Source of the DNA: Mobula hypostoma
Taxonomy: Eukaryota
Assembly: GCF_963921235.1 (NCBI RefSeq)
Contig: NC_086097.1
Coordinates: 115,446,001 to 115,510,000, forward strand
Direction of reading: 5' to 3'
DNA: 64,000 nucleotides
Within the stretch, counting starts at the first letter, position 1. Every line of letters starts with the position of its first letter. The notes beneath the pieces are model-generated. The model did no database searches, had not been told where the DNA came from, and saw nothing but the letters and a program-made list of their open reading frames with translations. Below, one piece after another: positions 13,026-25,259 of the stretch. The position numbers and the translations under genes are program-made.

Positions 13026-15455
13026 ATGGATCTCAATAAAATCAATATAATATCTTGGAATTTAAATGGTATGAACCAACCAATTAAGCGTAGAAAGATT
13101 TTTTTAAAAAATTAAAAACACTTCATGCAGATATTATTTTTGCTCAGGACACGTATATTCGTAAACAAGATTAAAATCGTTTTTTTAAATTTTGGATGGG
13201 ACCCTTATTTCATTCTTTATCAGTAAATAAAATAAGAGAGGTATCTATTTTTATTAATTCTAAAATCCCTTTTGTTCATTTTAATACTGTTACTGATTTA
13301 ATTGGAAGATTTTGGCTAATAAACTTGAGAGTATCTTACCTACTGTTATTTCCAATGACCAAACTGGATTTACTAAAAATAGATATTCACATGTTAATAT
13401 TTGAAGATTATTAAATATTATTCACTCTTCTCCATCTAAAGAATCTGAATGTGTTGTTTCTCTTGATGCAGAGAAAGTTTTTGATGGGGTGGAGTGGTCT
13501 TACTTATTTGAGGTTTTGGAAAGATTTAATCTTGGCCTGGGATTTATTTCCTGGATCAAACTGATCTATCACGCTCTCATGGCTGCGGTTATAACTAATA
13601 ATCAAAAATCTCCCTATTTTAGATTACATAGGGGTACTCGACACGGATGCCCTCCTAGCCCTTTATCATTTAACTTGGCCTTAGAACCCCTTGCTATTGC
13701 TCTTAGAGAATCTAACACTGTTCAGGGTATTAAGAGAGGGGACAAAGTACACAAGGTTTCATTATATGCAGATGACCTGTTAGTTTATATTTCAGATCCT
13801 AGGAAATCTATTCCTTCTATGTTATCTATATTTTCTGAATTCCGTAGTTTTCTGGCTATAAATTAAATTTACATAAAAGTGAGTTATTTCTTATTAATAA
13901 TTACTCAGATGCAAATCATCAATTACTTTTTAGTGTTGCTAAAAATTACTTTACTTACCTTGGTATTAAAATTACTAAAAATTTTAAGGATCTCTATACA
14001 TATAATTTTTTCCATTAATTTGCTATACCAAACAAATGCTTTCTAAATGGTCACCTATGACATTATCATTAATAGCTCGAATTAATGCTACTAAGATGAT
14101 AGTTTTACTGAAATTTTTATATATATTTCAGGCAGTTCCCTCTTTTGTTCCTAAGAAGTTATTCTACAGAATAGATTCTATAATTCCATTTTATATTTGG
14201 AACAATAAAAAACTTAGATTGAGAAAACCCTTGTTGCAGAAATTAAAAAAAGGATGGTGGTATGGCTTTGCTTAACTTTAGAATGTACTATTGGGCAATT
14301 AATATTTGAAATATTACTTTTTGGATTCACTATTCAGACACACATGAATGTCCTTTATGGTTGGATCTAGAGGTAAACTCGGTGAAAGGGTTCTCTTTGG
14401 CCTCTTTACTGGGAGTTCCTCTTCCCTTTTTGTTTTCTAAGATTAGCAGACAAGAATTTAATCCTGTTATTAAACATACATTAAGAATTTAGTTCCAGTT
14501 TCGTAGGTTTTTGAGTTTAATAATTTTATTCTTCCTAGTAATATCTATCTCAATTATTTTTTTAAACCATCTATTTTGGATAAGACATTTTTAATTTGGA
14601 AAACCAAGGGAATAATAACTTTTTCAGATTTGTTTTTAGGGGACTGTTTAATGTCCTTTTCTCAGTTAGCGAATAAATATGATTTATCTAATGTACACTT
14701 TTTTAGATATTTACAAATTAGGAATGTTTTACGTGGTTTGTTACCAAATTACCCTTCTGCTTATCCACCTAATATGATAGATGTTCTCTTTCAGTTTAAA
14801 CCATTTCAAAAAGTGTTGGTAGCTATAATTTATAAACGGTTATTGAGTTTACGAATGATATCTAATGATATAATTAAACGTGCTTGGGAATCGGAACTTC
14901 AAGAGTGATTTTCAGATAATCAATGAAGTAAAATTTTTCATTCAGTTAATAACTCATCTATTTGTGCCCGTCATTCCTTGATACAGTTCAAGATATTGCA
15001 CCGGGCCCATATGTCAAAGGATAAACTAGCGCGCATTTTCTCCAATATTAATCCTATTTGTGACAGATGTAATACTGAGCTGACCACTTTTAACTCATAT
15101 GTATTGGTCTTGTATAAAGCTAGATAACTTTTGGACAGATGTTTCTGAAGCACTATCAAGAGTTTTGGATCTGGATTTACAACCTCATTTGCTTACAGCA
15201 ATTTTTGGGATTATCCCATCGGAAGCAGGAAATATTCCTGTTTCCACTCAACGTATGGTAGCCTTTTCGACCTTACTGGCTAGGAGAGCCATTTTATTGA
15301 AGTGGAAGGATTCTAATCCACCTACAGTCTTTTACTGGCTCTCCTCCATTATGTCCTGTTTAAGTTTAGAGAAAATAAGAAGTTGGACATTTGATACATC
15401 CTTTAAATTTGAGAAAATATGGCGACCTTTTATCCAATATTTTTATTTAATTTGA
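13026..15455 (+). pseudogene. L1 ORF2p (endonuclease start, RT, Cys-rich C-terminus), disrupted
   Basis: MDLNKINIISWNLNG start; SLDAEKVFDGVEW; RGTRHGCPPSPL; SLYADD; NPICDRC..HMYWSC; ends KFEKIWRPFIQYF. Confidence 0.9.
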
Positions 15456-16214
15456 TTTATTACTCTTTCAATCTTTATTTTCGAAGTTTTAGATTTGATC
15501 AGAAAGTCTTTTTCTCTTCTTTTTTTTGGTTCTATCCTCAAAATGGACTGCCCAGTCCCTTTTTGTTCTGTTTGTTTTATATATAGTGCAGTGTTTTTTT
15601 TCTTTTTATTCAAAACCCAGTGTTTTTTTTTCCTTTCTCCTTTTAAACTGGTAAGAGGAGAATTGCTATTTTCTTTTTTTTATTATATATTTTATACTAG
15701 TTTAACAATATCTATGATTTTGACAAAGTCTATGTTAATCTTAGTTACTGTTATATATATTTGAACTAATTCTCCTCTTGATTGCATTTATGTTTTTTTA
15801 AATCAATAAAAAGATTAATAAATAAAGAAAAGCCACCATCCCTTTTCTCCTATTACGAACAAACCAAAAGCAGTCGCTTTACACTGGTGTCATTATATCA
15901 GACACTGTATCTTAAAGTGAACACAAGAACTCAATGACAGTGCTTATGAATTACGTAGAACAGTGTCTGTTATGAACAATATATGTCATCTGTCATCAAT
16001 TACATTACCCTACATAGGTTCCCCCGGAATTCACCAAAACCGGCATTGTAAGTTTGTCTGGAATTTGTATGAGTCACCTGGCTTGGGTCCTATGTGCCTT
16101 GGTTGGAGTAACAGCAGGTGCTCTGGCTCATCCGGGGTGTGCTGTCATGCACAAGGTCATGTTATGATGTAAGGGGCATGGTAGTGGAACCATCCATATC
16201 CGGTGGTCCAGTTT

Positions 16215-16332
16215 AACATAGAAACATAGAAAACCTACAGCACAATACAGGCCCTTTGGCCCACAAAGCTGTGCCGAACATGTCCTTACCTTAGAAATTA
16301 CCTAGTTACCCATAGTCCTCTATGTTTCTAAG
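16215..16332 (-). mobile_element. CR1 3' tail fragment
   Basis: AACATAGAAACATAGAAAACCTACAGCACAATACAGGCCCTTTGGCCC is the antisense CR1 3' hairpin and (TTTCTATG)n tail. Confidence 0.8.
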
Positions 16333-16609
16333 CAGAATCAGGTGATCTATAGAAATGCATTCAATCTTATCCTTCCTATCAGGAATAAAAATCTTTTCTC
16401 CCTGTTCAAAAACGCAGAATGGACCATCATAAGGGTGCTTAATGGGGTGTTGATGAACATCATGGCGGTCAAAATAAATGGGGAGGAATGTAGGCCAGCT
16501 GGAACCAAGGAGTGCTGTAGGCCATGATGGGAGATAGGAAAAGGTGAAAAAGAATTGTGTTTACTGCTGAGACACCAACCAGGCAGTTGTGGCATCAGGA
16601 ATAAAATCA

Positions 16610-17010
16610 CACAGCATCTATGCTACACCACCAGACTCAAAATGGTTTACTTTTCCCAAACAGTAAGGCTGGTCAACACCTCCATCCATTAACTCCACCA
16701 CTACTTTAGCATAAGGTGCTTTTACGATGCAAGTTAAAAAATAGACAGTACAAAGCTACTGGCATTTCATACATGATGAGATCTGGGTGGTGGCAGGGAG
16801 ATGAGTTGTCTCACAGCCTGCGGGAAGAAGCTGTTTCCCATCCTAACAGTCCTTGTCCTAATGCTATGGTATCCTTTGTAGGGGTTAAAGAGATTGTGGG
16901 ATGGACGGGAAGGATTCTTGACAATGTTAAAGATGTACACAGTGCTCCTAAAAAATACCTTGGATAGTTGGAAAAGAGACTCCAATAATGCTCTCTTACA
17001 ATCCTTTGTG
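16610..17010 (-). mobile_element. Rex1/Babar 3' fragments (short + piece 16610-16710, then - piece)
   Basis: ORF 16767-16985 on the minus strand reads NIVKNPSRPSHNLF...YHSIRTRTVRMGNSFFPQAVR. Confidence 0.75.
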
Positions 17011-18965
17011 CTGCTGTGCTCAAACTGGAGTTACTCAGTCAAAAAACAGATCTCTGCTGAATGGCTGAGGAAATGAGCAACGGGATTAGCACAGGCTAAT
17101 TAATTATAATGAATTTATAATAAAACAGGGTATTTATATTGATATAATAAATTTATAGTAAAGTAGGGAACATGAATTTGTTGTTTTGGTTTGTTAAGTT
17201 GCATGTTCACGTGGTCTTTTGTGTACCATCCAATATAGTCAGTATAGTAAAGTGCACATCATCATTAATTCCACCAAACACAACTTGAAGCAGAGAGACA
17301 CAAGGGATACTGCTTTATAGCCTGACACTAATTTCCCACATAATCACAAGATCGTTCCAGTGTTAACAAGATAGAGTCCTTTCTGTAAAGGCTTATGCAG
17401 ACTTCACAAGAACAGTAACTGCTCCAGATATGATATGACAGAAAAAGCAATACTGGAATATTAAATAATGTAAGGTAATGGATAGAGATATTTAATATAG
17501 GCTTCGACAAGAGAGAAGAACATAGAAGCGGAGGCAAATTCTATTATCATTGAAAATAAGATGAGAAATATTATTATATATGAAAAGAAAGATTCAGATT
17601 TGTCTTGCTTCTTGCGATTCCGTGGATTACACCCAAAGAGCACACTCTGATGAGGTCTGACCCAAATCTTAGATGATGAGGTACAAGTCCAGCAGATCTA
17701 ACTTTATCATTTTCTTCACACCAACATGAGAAATGACATTAAAATCTTTAATAACAATTTTTTTTTATTTTCAATATACTCTTTGGTAGTGAAACTAACT
17801 CTACAACCATTGACCTAAAAATACTGGACAAGTCTTTTCTAAGGCTTTGCGATGGATTAAAGAAATGTTTATTTACTGGATAAATAACTCATTATTATTT
17901 TTGCAGTAAATCGCAATTAAAATGGATTAACATCCTAATCCTGTATTGACTTATGAACAGATGGAATGAAGACACAATCTAAATTCGCTTTGCCCATCTG
18001 TTGTAGTCAATTTACTTGGTTTTGTGCAATGGGTTTAAGCACCCTGAAGACCAGAGCATAAACTACCTTGAAAACATTTTCTTCTTTTTTTGTGCTAACA
18101 GCGGCTCCCACCTATCAGGAAGGTGCATTACCGCCACCTATTGTAATGGATAATGAAATGAGCCATGACGGGGATCATGGCTTCCAAGCTTATTTTAATT
18201 AAGAAGTTCACCAGGGCCCTACGTGACTTAACCATCCCTGTCTCAGGTGCCAGAATAGCATATGTTTTAACGAATCTCAGTGGCACACCATGATCACATG
18301 CTCCACTGTCTCTGGTACTTCAGAAAAGTCATATCATCCATTCCAATGTTTACCAACAAGTGCCAAAGTGGAGTGCAGATTTATGTGTCCTAACCTCAAT
18401 CTCGCCAAACACACATCTTCCCTCCTATTCCTTCCCAACAGGCACCTCCCCTGAACTGATGGAACTAAATTATAATACCACCCCGCATGTCTCACTCCTA
18501 ATTCACAATTTCAGCCATTTTCTAATCCCAGACAACCTAATACAAAATTTGGCTTCATACTTTTCCATGTTGACTATAATATCTACCTCAGATTTAGAAA
18601 GTGCCTGTTTTGCTGTAATATCTGCCCTTTCATTACCCGATACATGCATATGTGCCGGGACCCAATAAAACTGTATTCCTATTCCTGCACTCTCCAGAAC
18701 ATATAGATTATAATATTCTTCTGTCAATAGATCAGGCCTCTTTGTTCACCGATTCCAAATGCTGCATTACCGAGGCAAAGTGTAGCAGATCACAACCCTG
18801 TTTGGTTTAACTTGTACAACCCATTGTCGACTAATAATAATGGTCATAAATTCTGCTGTATAGATGGACAACCCATCAATCAGCCTTTTCCCGACCTCAA
18901 CATGAATCCGGGGGATAAGTATTCCGGAGCCCACCCAATTGCTAACAGAGACTTTAGAACCATCT

Positions 18966-19643
18966 GTAACGGTTAGGAGGGGGAAGGGGAAGAGTCAGGT
19001 AATAGAGAGTACCCCGGTGGCTGTGCCCCTTAACAATAGGTACTCCTGTTTGAGTACTGTTGGGGGGACAGCTTACCCGGGGGAAGCGACAGTGGCCGTG
19101 CCTCCAGCACAGAGTCTGGCCCTGTAGCTCAGAAGGGTAGGGCAAGGAAGAGGAGGGCAGTTGTGATAGGGGACTCGATAGTAAGGGGGTCAGATAGGTG
19201 ATTCTATGGACGCAGTTTGCCTCACTGGTGCCAGGGTCCGGGATATTTCTGATCGTGTCCAAGATATCCTGAAGTGGGAGGGTGAGGAGCCAGAGGTCGT
19301 GGTACATATAGGTACCAATGACATAGGTAGGAAAAGGGATGAGGTCCTGAAAGGAGAATATAGGGAGCTAGGAAGGGAGTTGAGAAAAAGGACCGCAAAG
19401 GTAGTAATCTCGGGATTACTGCCTGTGCCACGCGACAGTGAGAGTAGGAATGCGATGAGGTGGAGGATAAATGCGTGGCTGAGGGATTGGAGCAGGGGGC
19501 AGGGATTCAAGTTTTTGGATCATTGGGACCTCTTTTGGCGCAGGCGTGACCTGGACAAAAAGGACGGGTTACACTTGAATTCTAGGGGGACCAATATCCT
19601 GGCAGGGAGACTAGCGAGGGCTACTGTGGTGACTTTAAACTAG
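18966..19643 (+). pseudogene. CR1 ORF1 C-terminal part with SGNH/GDSL esterase-like domain
   Basis: VPLNNRYSCL; AVVIGDSIVRG; CLTGARVRD; VVVHIGTND; KDGLHLN. Disrupted by a stop and a small deletion. Confidence 0.9.
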
Positions 19644-19655
19644 AATGGTTGGGGG

Positions 19656-22600
19656 GTGGGAATCAAATTAAAGAAGCTAGGAGTGAGGAGGTTAGTTCAC
19701 AACAGGGGGATGGAAACCAGTGCAGAGAGACAGAGGGGGTGTAAAGTGAGGGTAGAAGCAAAAAGTACAAAGGAGAAAAGTAAAAGTGGCAGGCCGACAA
19801 ATCCAGGGCAAGCATTAAAAAGGGCCACTTTTCAACATAATTGTATAAGGGCTAAGAGAGTTGTAAAAGAGCGCCTGAAGGCTTTGTGTGTCAATGCAAG
19901 GAGCATTCGTAATAAGGTGGATGAATTGAAAGTGCAGATTGTTATTAATGATTATGATATAGTTGGGATCACAGAGACATGGCTCCAGGGTGACCAGGGA
20001 TGGGAGCTCAACGTTCAGGGATATTCAATATTCAGGAGGGATAGACATGAAGGAAGGGGAGGTGGGGTGGCGTTGCTGGTTAAAGAAGAGATTAACGCAA
20101 TAGAAAGGAATGACATAAGCCGGGAAGATGTGGAATCCATATGGGTAGGGCTGTGTAACACTAAGGGGCAGAAGACGCTGGTGGGAGTTGTGTACAGGCC
20201 ACCTAACAGTAGTAGTGAGGTCGGAGATGGTATTAAACAGGAAATTAGAAATGTGTGCAATAAAGGAACAGCAGTTATAATGGGTGACTTCAATCTGCAT
20301 GTAGATTGGGTGAACCAAATTGGTAAAGGTGCTGAGGAAGAGGATTTCTTGGAATGTATGCGGGATGGTTTTTTGAACCAACATGTCGAGGAACCAACTA
20401 GAGAGCAGGCTATTCTGGACTGGGTTTTGAGCAATGAGGAAGGGTTAATTAGCGATCTTGTCGTGAGAGGCCCCTTGGGTAAGGGTGACCATAATATGGT
20501 GGAATTCTTCATTAAGATGGAGAGTGACATAGTTAATTCAGAAACAAAGGTTCTGAACTTAAAGAGGGGTAACTTTGAAGGTATGAGACGTGAATTAGCT
20601 AAGATAGACTGGCAAATGACACTTAAAGGATTGACGGTGGATATGCAATGGCAAGAATTTAAAGGTTGCATGGATGAACTACAACAGTTGTTCATCCCAG
20701 TTTGGCAAAAGAATAAATCAAGGAAGGTAGTGCACCCATGGCTGACAAGAGAAATTAGGGATAGTATCAATTCCAAAGAAGAAGCATACAAATTAGCCAG
20801 AGAAAGTGGCTCACCTGAGGACTGGGAGAAATTCAGAGTTCAGCAGAGGAGGACAAAGGGCTTAATTAGGAAGGGGAAAAAAGATTATGAGAGAAAACTG
20901 GCAGGGAACATAAAAACTGACTGTAAAAGCTTTTATAGATATGTAAAAAGGAAAAGACTGGTAAAGACAAATGTAGGTCCCCTACAGACAGAAACAGGTG
21001 AATTGATTATGGGGAGCAAGGACATGGCAGACCAATTGTATAATTACTTTGGTTCTGTCTTCACTAAGGAGGACATAAATAATCTTCCAGAAATAGTAGG
21101 GGACAGAGGGTCCAGTGAGATGGAGGAACTGAGCGAAATACATGTTAGTAGGGAAGTGGTGTTAGGTAAATTGAAGGGATTGAAGGCAGATAAATCCTCA
21201 GGGCCAGATGGTCTGCATCCTAGAGTGCTTAAGGAAGTAGCCCAAGAAATAGTGGATGCATTAGTGATAATTTTTCAAAACTCATTAGATTCTGGACTAG
21301 TTCCTGAGGATTGGAGGGTGGCTAATGTAACCCCACTTTTTAAAAAAGAAGGGAGAGAGAAACCGGGGAATTATAGACCGGTTAGCCTAACGTCGGTGGT
21401 GGGGAAACTGCTGGAGTCAGTTATCAAAGATGTGATAACAGCACATTTGGAAAGCGGTGAAATCATCGGACAAAGTCAGCATGGATTTGTGAAAGGAAAA
21501 TCATGTCTGACGAATCTCATAGAATTTTTTGAGGATGTAACTAGTAGAGTGGATAGGGGAGAACCAGTGGATGTGGTATATTTGGATTTTCAAAAGGCTT
21601 TTGACAAGGTCCCACACAGGAGATTAGTGTGCAAACTTAAAGCACACGGTATTGGGGGTAAGGTATTGATGTGGATGGAGAATTGGTTAGCAGACAGGAA
21701 GCAAAGAGTGGGAATAAACGGGACCTTTTCAGAATGGCAGGCGGTGACTAGTGGGGTACCGTAAGGCTCAGTGTTGGGACCCCAGTTGTTTACAATATAT
21801 ATTAATGACTTGGATGAGGGAATTAAATGCAGCATCTCCAAGTTTGCGGATGACACGAAGCTGGGTGGCAGTGTTAGCTGTGAGGAGGATGCTACGAGGA
21901 TGCAGAGTGACTTGGATAGGTTGGGTGAGTGGGCAAATTCATGGCAGATGCAATTAATGTGGATAAATGTGAGGTTATCCACTTTGGTGGCAAAAATAGG
22001 AAAACAGGTTATTATCTGAATGGTGGCCGATTAGGAAAAGGGGAGGTGCAACGAGACCTGGGTGTCATTATACACCAGTCATTGAAAGTGGGCATGCAGG
22101 TACAGCAGGCGGTGAAAAAGGCGAATGGTATGCTGGCATTTATAGCGAGAGGATTCGAGTACAGGAGCAGGGAGGTACTACTGCAGTTGTACAAGGCCTT
22201 GGTGAGACCACACCTGGAGTATTGTGTGCAGTTTTGGTTTCCTAATCTGAGGAAAGACATCCTTGCCGTAGAGGGAATACAAAGAAGGTTCACCAGATTG
22301 ATTCCTGGGATGGCAAGACTTTCATATGAAGAAAGACTGGATGAACTGGGCTTGTACTCATTGGAATTTAGAAGATTGAGGGGGGATCTGATTGAAACGT
22401 ATAAAATCCTAAAGGGATTGGGCAGGCTAGATGCAGGAAGATTGTTCCCGATGTTGGGGAAGTCCAGACCGAGGGGCCACAGTTTGAGGATAGAGGGGAA
22501 GCCTTTTAGGACCAAGATTAGGAAAAACTTCTTCACACAGAGAGTGGTGAATCTGTGGAATTCTCTGCCACAGGAAACAGTTGAGGCCAGTTCATTGGCT

Positions 22601-22681
22601 ATATTTAAGAGGGAGTTAGATATGGCCCTTGTGGCTACGGGGATCAGAGGGTATGGAGGGAAGGTTGGGGCGGGGTTCTGA
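19656..22681 (+). pseudogene. CR1 ORF2 (APE endonuclease and reverse transcriptase) with one premature stop and one frameshift
   Basis: 702-aa open stretch (NARSIRNK, GITETW, MGDFN, NYRPVSLTS, LDFQKAFDKV). TAA at 21762-21764 falls in GVP*GSVLGP. FADDTK follows, then a frameshift near 21954, and the ORF continues to 22681. Confidence 0.95.
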
Positions 22682-23345
22682 GTTGGATGATCAGCCATGA
22701 TCATAATAAATGGCGGTGCAGGCTCGAAGGGCCGAATGGCCTACTCCTGCACCTATTTTCTATGTTTCTATGTTTCTATGAAAGGCGAAAAGGAAAAATG
22801 CTGCTGCTGTAAATGACCTGACATCCTCTCACCATCCACAGGACCATGTCCATCCCCCAGTAATGACAAAACTACTCCCACATCTGGAAATTTCTAAGGT
22901 GGAGCTTCTGGCCAGACCATTGTTGGGCTAATCCACGAATCTTCAAGACCATACTCCCACATATATTTCCTAATTATCTGCGAAAGCATTTCCCAACTCG
23001 GCTAGTATATTCCCAACAGTCCATTAAAACTAAACTCGTCAGATGGGATGTCCTCACTCTACTATGTAAGTCCAGTATACAAGGCTTAGATTTTCTCTCC
23101 ACAAGTCTAGAAGCATCTCACCTCATTCAACACCCGGTGCATCTCTTGGTGTGGCCCTGAATGCTCCATTACAGATTCTAAGTGCACTGGCCTGTAGAGC
23201 ATCCAACCTATATAAAACTGAATCAGCTGGCTCTCCATAAATTATAGAACCATTGTCCAGAAAAGAGCACTTAAAAGTGTGATAAATTGTCAATAGGATA
23301 CTCCAAGAAGTTGTAAAAATGTCATTATTGATACCCCATGATATA

Positions 23346-23899
23346 CAGTTAGTGGTCACTTTATTAGGTACACCTGTACATCTGCTTGTTAATGCAAATA
23401 TCTAATCAGCCAATCATGTGGCAGCAGTTCAATACGTAAGAACATGGTCAAGAGGTTCAGTTGTTGTTCAGACTGAACATCAGAATGGGGCAGGAGTGTG
23501 ATCTAAAGAGATTTTGACCATGGAATGATTGTTAGTACCAGACAGGGTGGTTTGAGTTTCTCATAATCTGCTGATCTCTGAGGATTTTCATGTACTACAG
23601 TCTCTAGAGTTTACAGAGAATAGTGCAGGTATGAAAAGCAAAGAAATACATCCAGTGGTCAGCAGTTCTGTGGGCAGAAGGAGGGAGAGGAGAATGCCCA
23701 GACTGGTTCAAGCTGACAGGAAGGTGATAGTAGCTCAAATAACCATGTGTTACAACAGTGGTGTGTGGAAGAGCATCTCTGAACGCACAATATGTCAAAC
23801 GTTGAAGGGGATGGGCAGCCGCAGCAGAAGACCATGAACAATGAATCAGTAGTCACTTTATTAGGTACAGGAGTTATCCAATAAAGTGGCCACTGAGTG
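23346..23899 (+). mobile_element. Tc1/mariner deletion derivative
   Basis: TIRs CAGTTAGTGGTCACTTTATTAGG and CCAATAAAGTGGCCACTGAGTG, with TA on the left. Transposase HTH remnant reads RMPRLVQADRKVIVAQITMCYNSGVWKSISERTICQTLKGMGSRSRRP. Confidence 0.9.
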
Positions 23900-24199
23900 T
23901 TTGTGGCTGGTTCTCTTGCAAATCCTTATATCTGTCCTTAACAGTTGTTACATTGAACAGCTGGACTAGTGTAAAATCTGCAATAGTTCATAATTTACAT
24001 GTTGTGTTATTAGAGATTCTTTTGAACAAGAATCAAATAGCCATTGGAATAGACAATTATAAAAAATTTGAAAAAGCTAAACATCTGAAACAAAAATTAA
24101 ATTCTGTAAGTACTCATAGCTTAGTCAGCATCTTTCGAAAGAGAAATTAAGCTGAATTGGCTTGATTTCTTACATCCTTCACATACACAACAAGTAAAA

Positions 24200-24760
24200 A
24201 TCTTTATGTTACATCTCCGAAATGTTGTACACTTTTCATCAGATCAGGGAAAGAAGGTAAAGGAATTGCAAAGAAAGTGGTGGATGGATGTTTAAGACCC
24301 AAGGGTTTGCTGTAGTGATATGCAATTGATGAGATTATGTGGTTGATAGGACAAGGAAGGACATTTGATAAAAAGAGAATGCCAACATGGATATGTGAAA
24401 GCTGTGAAGCAGGGGATGTCAATGAAACAGGGGCCCTGCACCATCCGGTAACCAAAACTACACCTTCAGGTGAAACTGTGAAATAACTGTGATCAAGTCA
24501 TGTTAACAGAGAGAGAGAAACATCCAGATAAATGACTTTCTGATGAACTAGTTAGTCAAATATAAGCAGAGAAAACAAGTTACCTCATTTCAATATTGAG
24601 TTCAGAAGGCTGCAGTGCGATGCTATTGATGAAATGCTATTCCTTTAGCCTACAGTGCAGAAGGACACAAATAGTTCGGTCAGAGTAGGATGGTGAATTG
24701 AGGTGACGGACTCCAGGAAGCTCAACGATGCCCCTTAGACTGAATGCATTGGTGTAATGC
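24200..24760 (-). mobile_element. Old Penelope-like 3' fragment
   Basis: TTCAATATTGAGTTCAGAAGGCTGCAGTG (24588-24618) is the antisense of an LQPSELNIE-type GIY-YIG end, preceded by purine-rich antisense pLTR. Confidence 0.5.
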
Positions 24761-25259
24761 TTGATGGCAGTTTATCCGCAGAGAAAAATTGAGGGGCTCC
24801 TTGATTGCATCCGTTTTCTGTACCACTTTGTCTTTTCTTTTTCAAGGAATCATTTAATAACAAGCATCCATTGCAAGGCTAAAGGCTCTGGCAGCTACCT
24901 GAAAAATATTTCTTCACACACTGTCTTCTGGAAGAAATCCCTTCCACATTTCCTTCTTCTCATTTCTCTTTCTTTGTTGTATCTCCTTCAGTGTTGAGCG
25001 TTTCCATGCAGTTCCTTTGAAATATCTTCCTTCTTCCTGATGTGCTTGTTCTCCGCCAACTTAATGAAGAGAGCCCTTGAGCATATTTTAATTATACAAC
25101 ATGGACCATTATAGCACAGTACCTTTACTTTGGCCCTTGATGTTATAACAAACTCTAAGATCAAACTAACCCTTCCCTCCTACATTTTGTCTATTTCCAG
25201 CATTTTTGTTCTTACCTCTTCTCTAATGGACATAGCAATGTCAGTGTTTTCTTTCTGTC

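Larger units (their letters stand above)
11368..15827 (+). mobile_element. L1-clade LINE with both termini, internally deleted, 15-bp TSD
   Basis: TSD AAAAGCCACCATCCC at 11353-11367 and 15828-15842. The element starts GGGG, has ORF1 and ORF2 remnants, and ends in an AATAAA/A-rich tail. Confidence 0.95.
11102..16218 (-). mobile_element. Putative Gypsy-type LTR retrotransposon 3' remnant (integrase end, PPT, ~440-bp LTR) split by the L1
   Basis: The minus strand shows ..RTQAR*LIQIPDKLTM (like Gypsy integrase C-termini), then GGGGGAACCTA and TGTA starting at 16014. The candidate LTR ends ...TTTAACA at 11102, with a TATATA near 11235 and ATTAAA near 11170. Confidence 0.45.
18966..22780 (+). mobile_element. 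Young 5'-truncated CR1 LINE
   Basis: Partial ORF1, near-intact ORF2, 3' GGCTCGAAGGGCCGAATGGCCTACTCCTG hairpin, and a (TTTCTATG)3 tail ending at 22780. Confidence 0.97.
18078..23340 (-). mobile_element. Nimb/I-clade LINE with RNase H (3' part), split by the CR1 insertion
   Basis: Minus-strand motifs in order: LDNGSIIYG..LDALQASALRICNGAFRATP (23123-23359); TDGSK (about 18953-18967); FYWVPAHMHVSGNERADITAK; GKH..ETVEHVIMVC knuckle; tail TAGGTGGCGGTAATGCACC...AAAAAAAGAAGAA. Confidence 0.85.

Noticed and set aside
15495..15764. Phe-rich membrane-like ORF
   Set aside because: It is the T-rich 3' UTR of the L1.
17645..17675. CTGATGAGGTCTGACCCAAA as a hammerhead
   Set aside because: It lacks GAAA, the stem II loop is too short, and there is no stem I/III or pLTR context.
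20015..22704. Long minus-strand ORFs (258, 230 and 130 aa)
   Set aside because: They are antisense shadows of CR1 ORF2.
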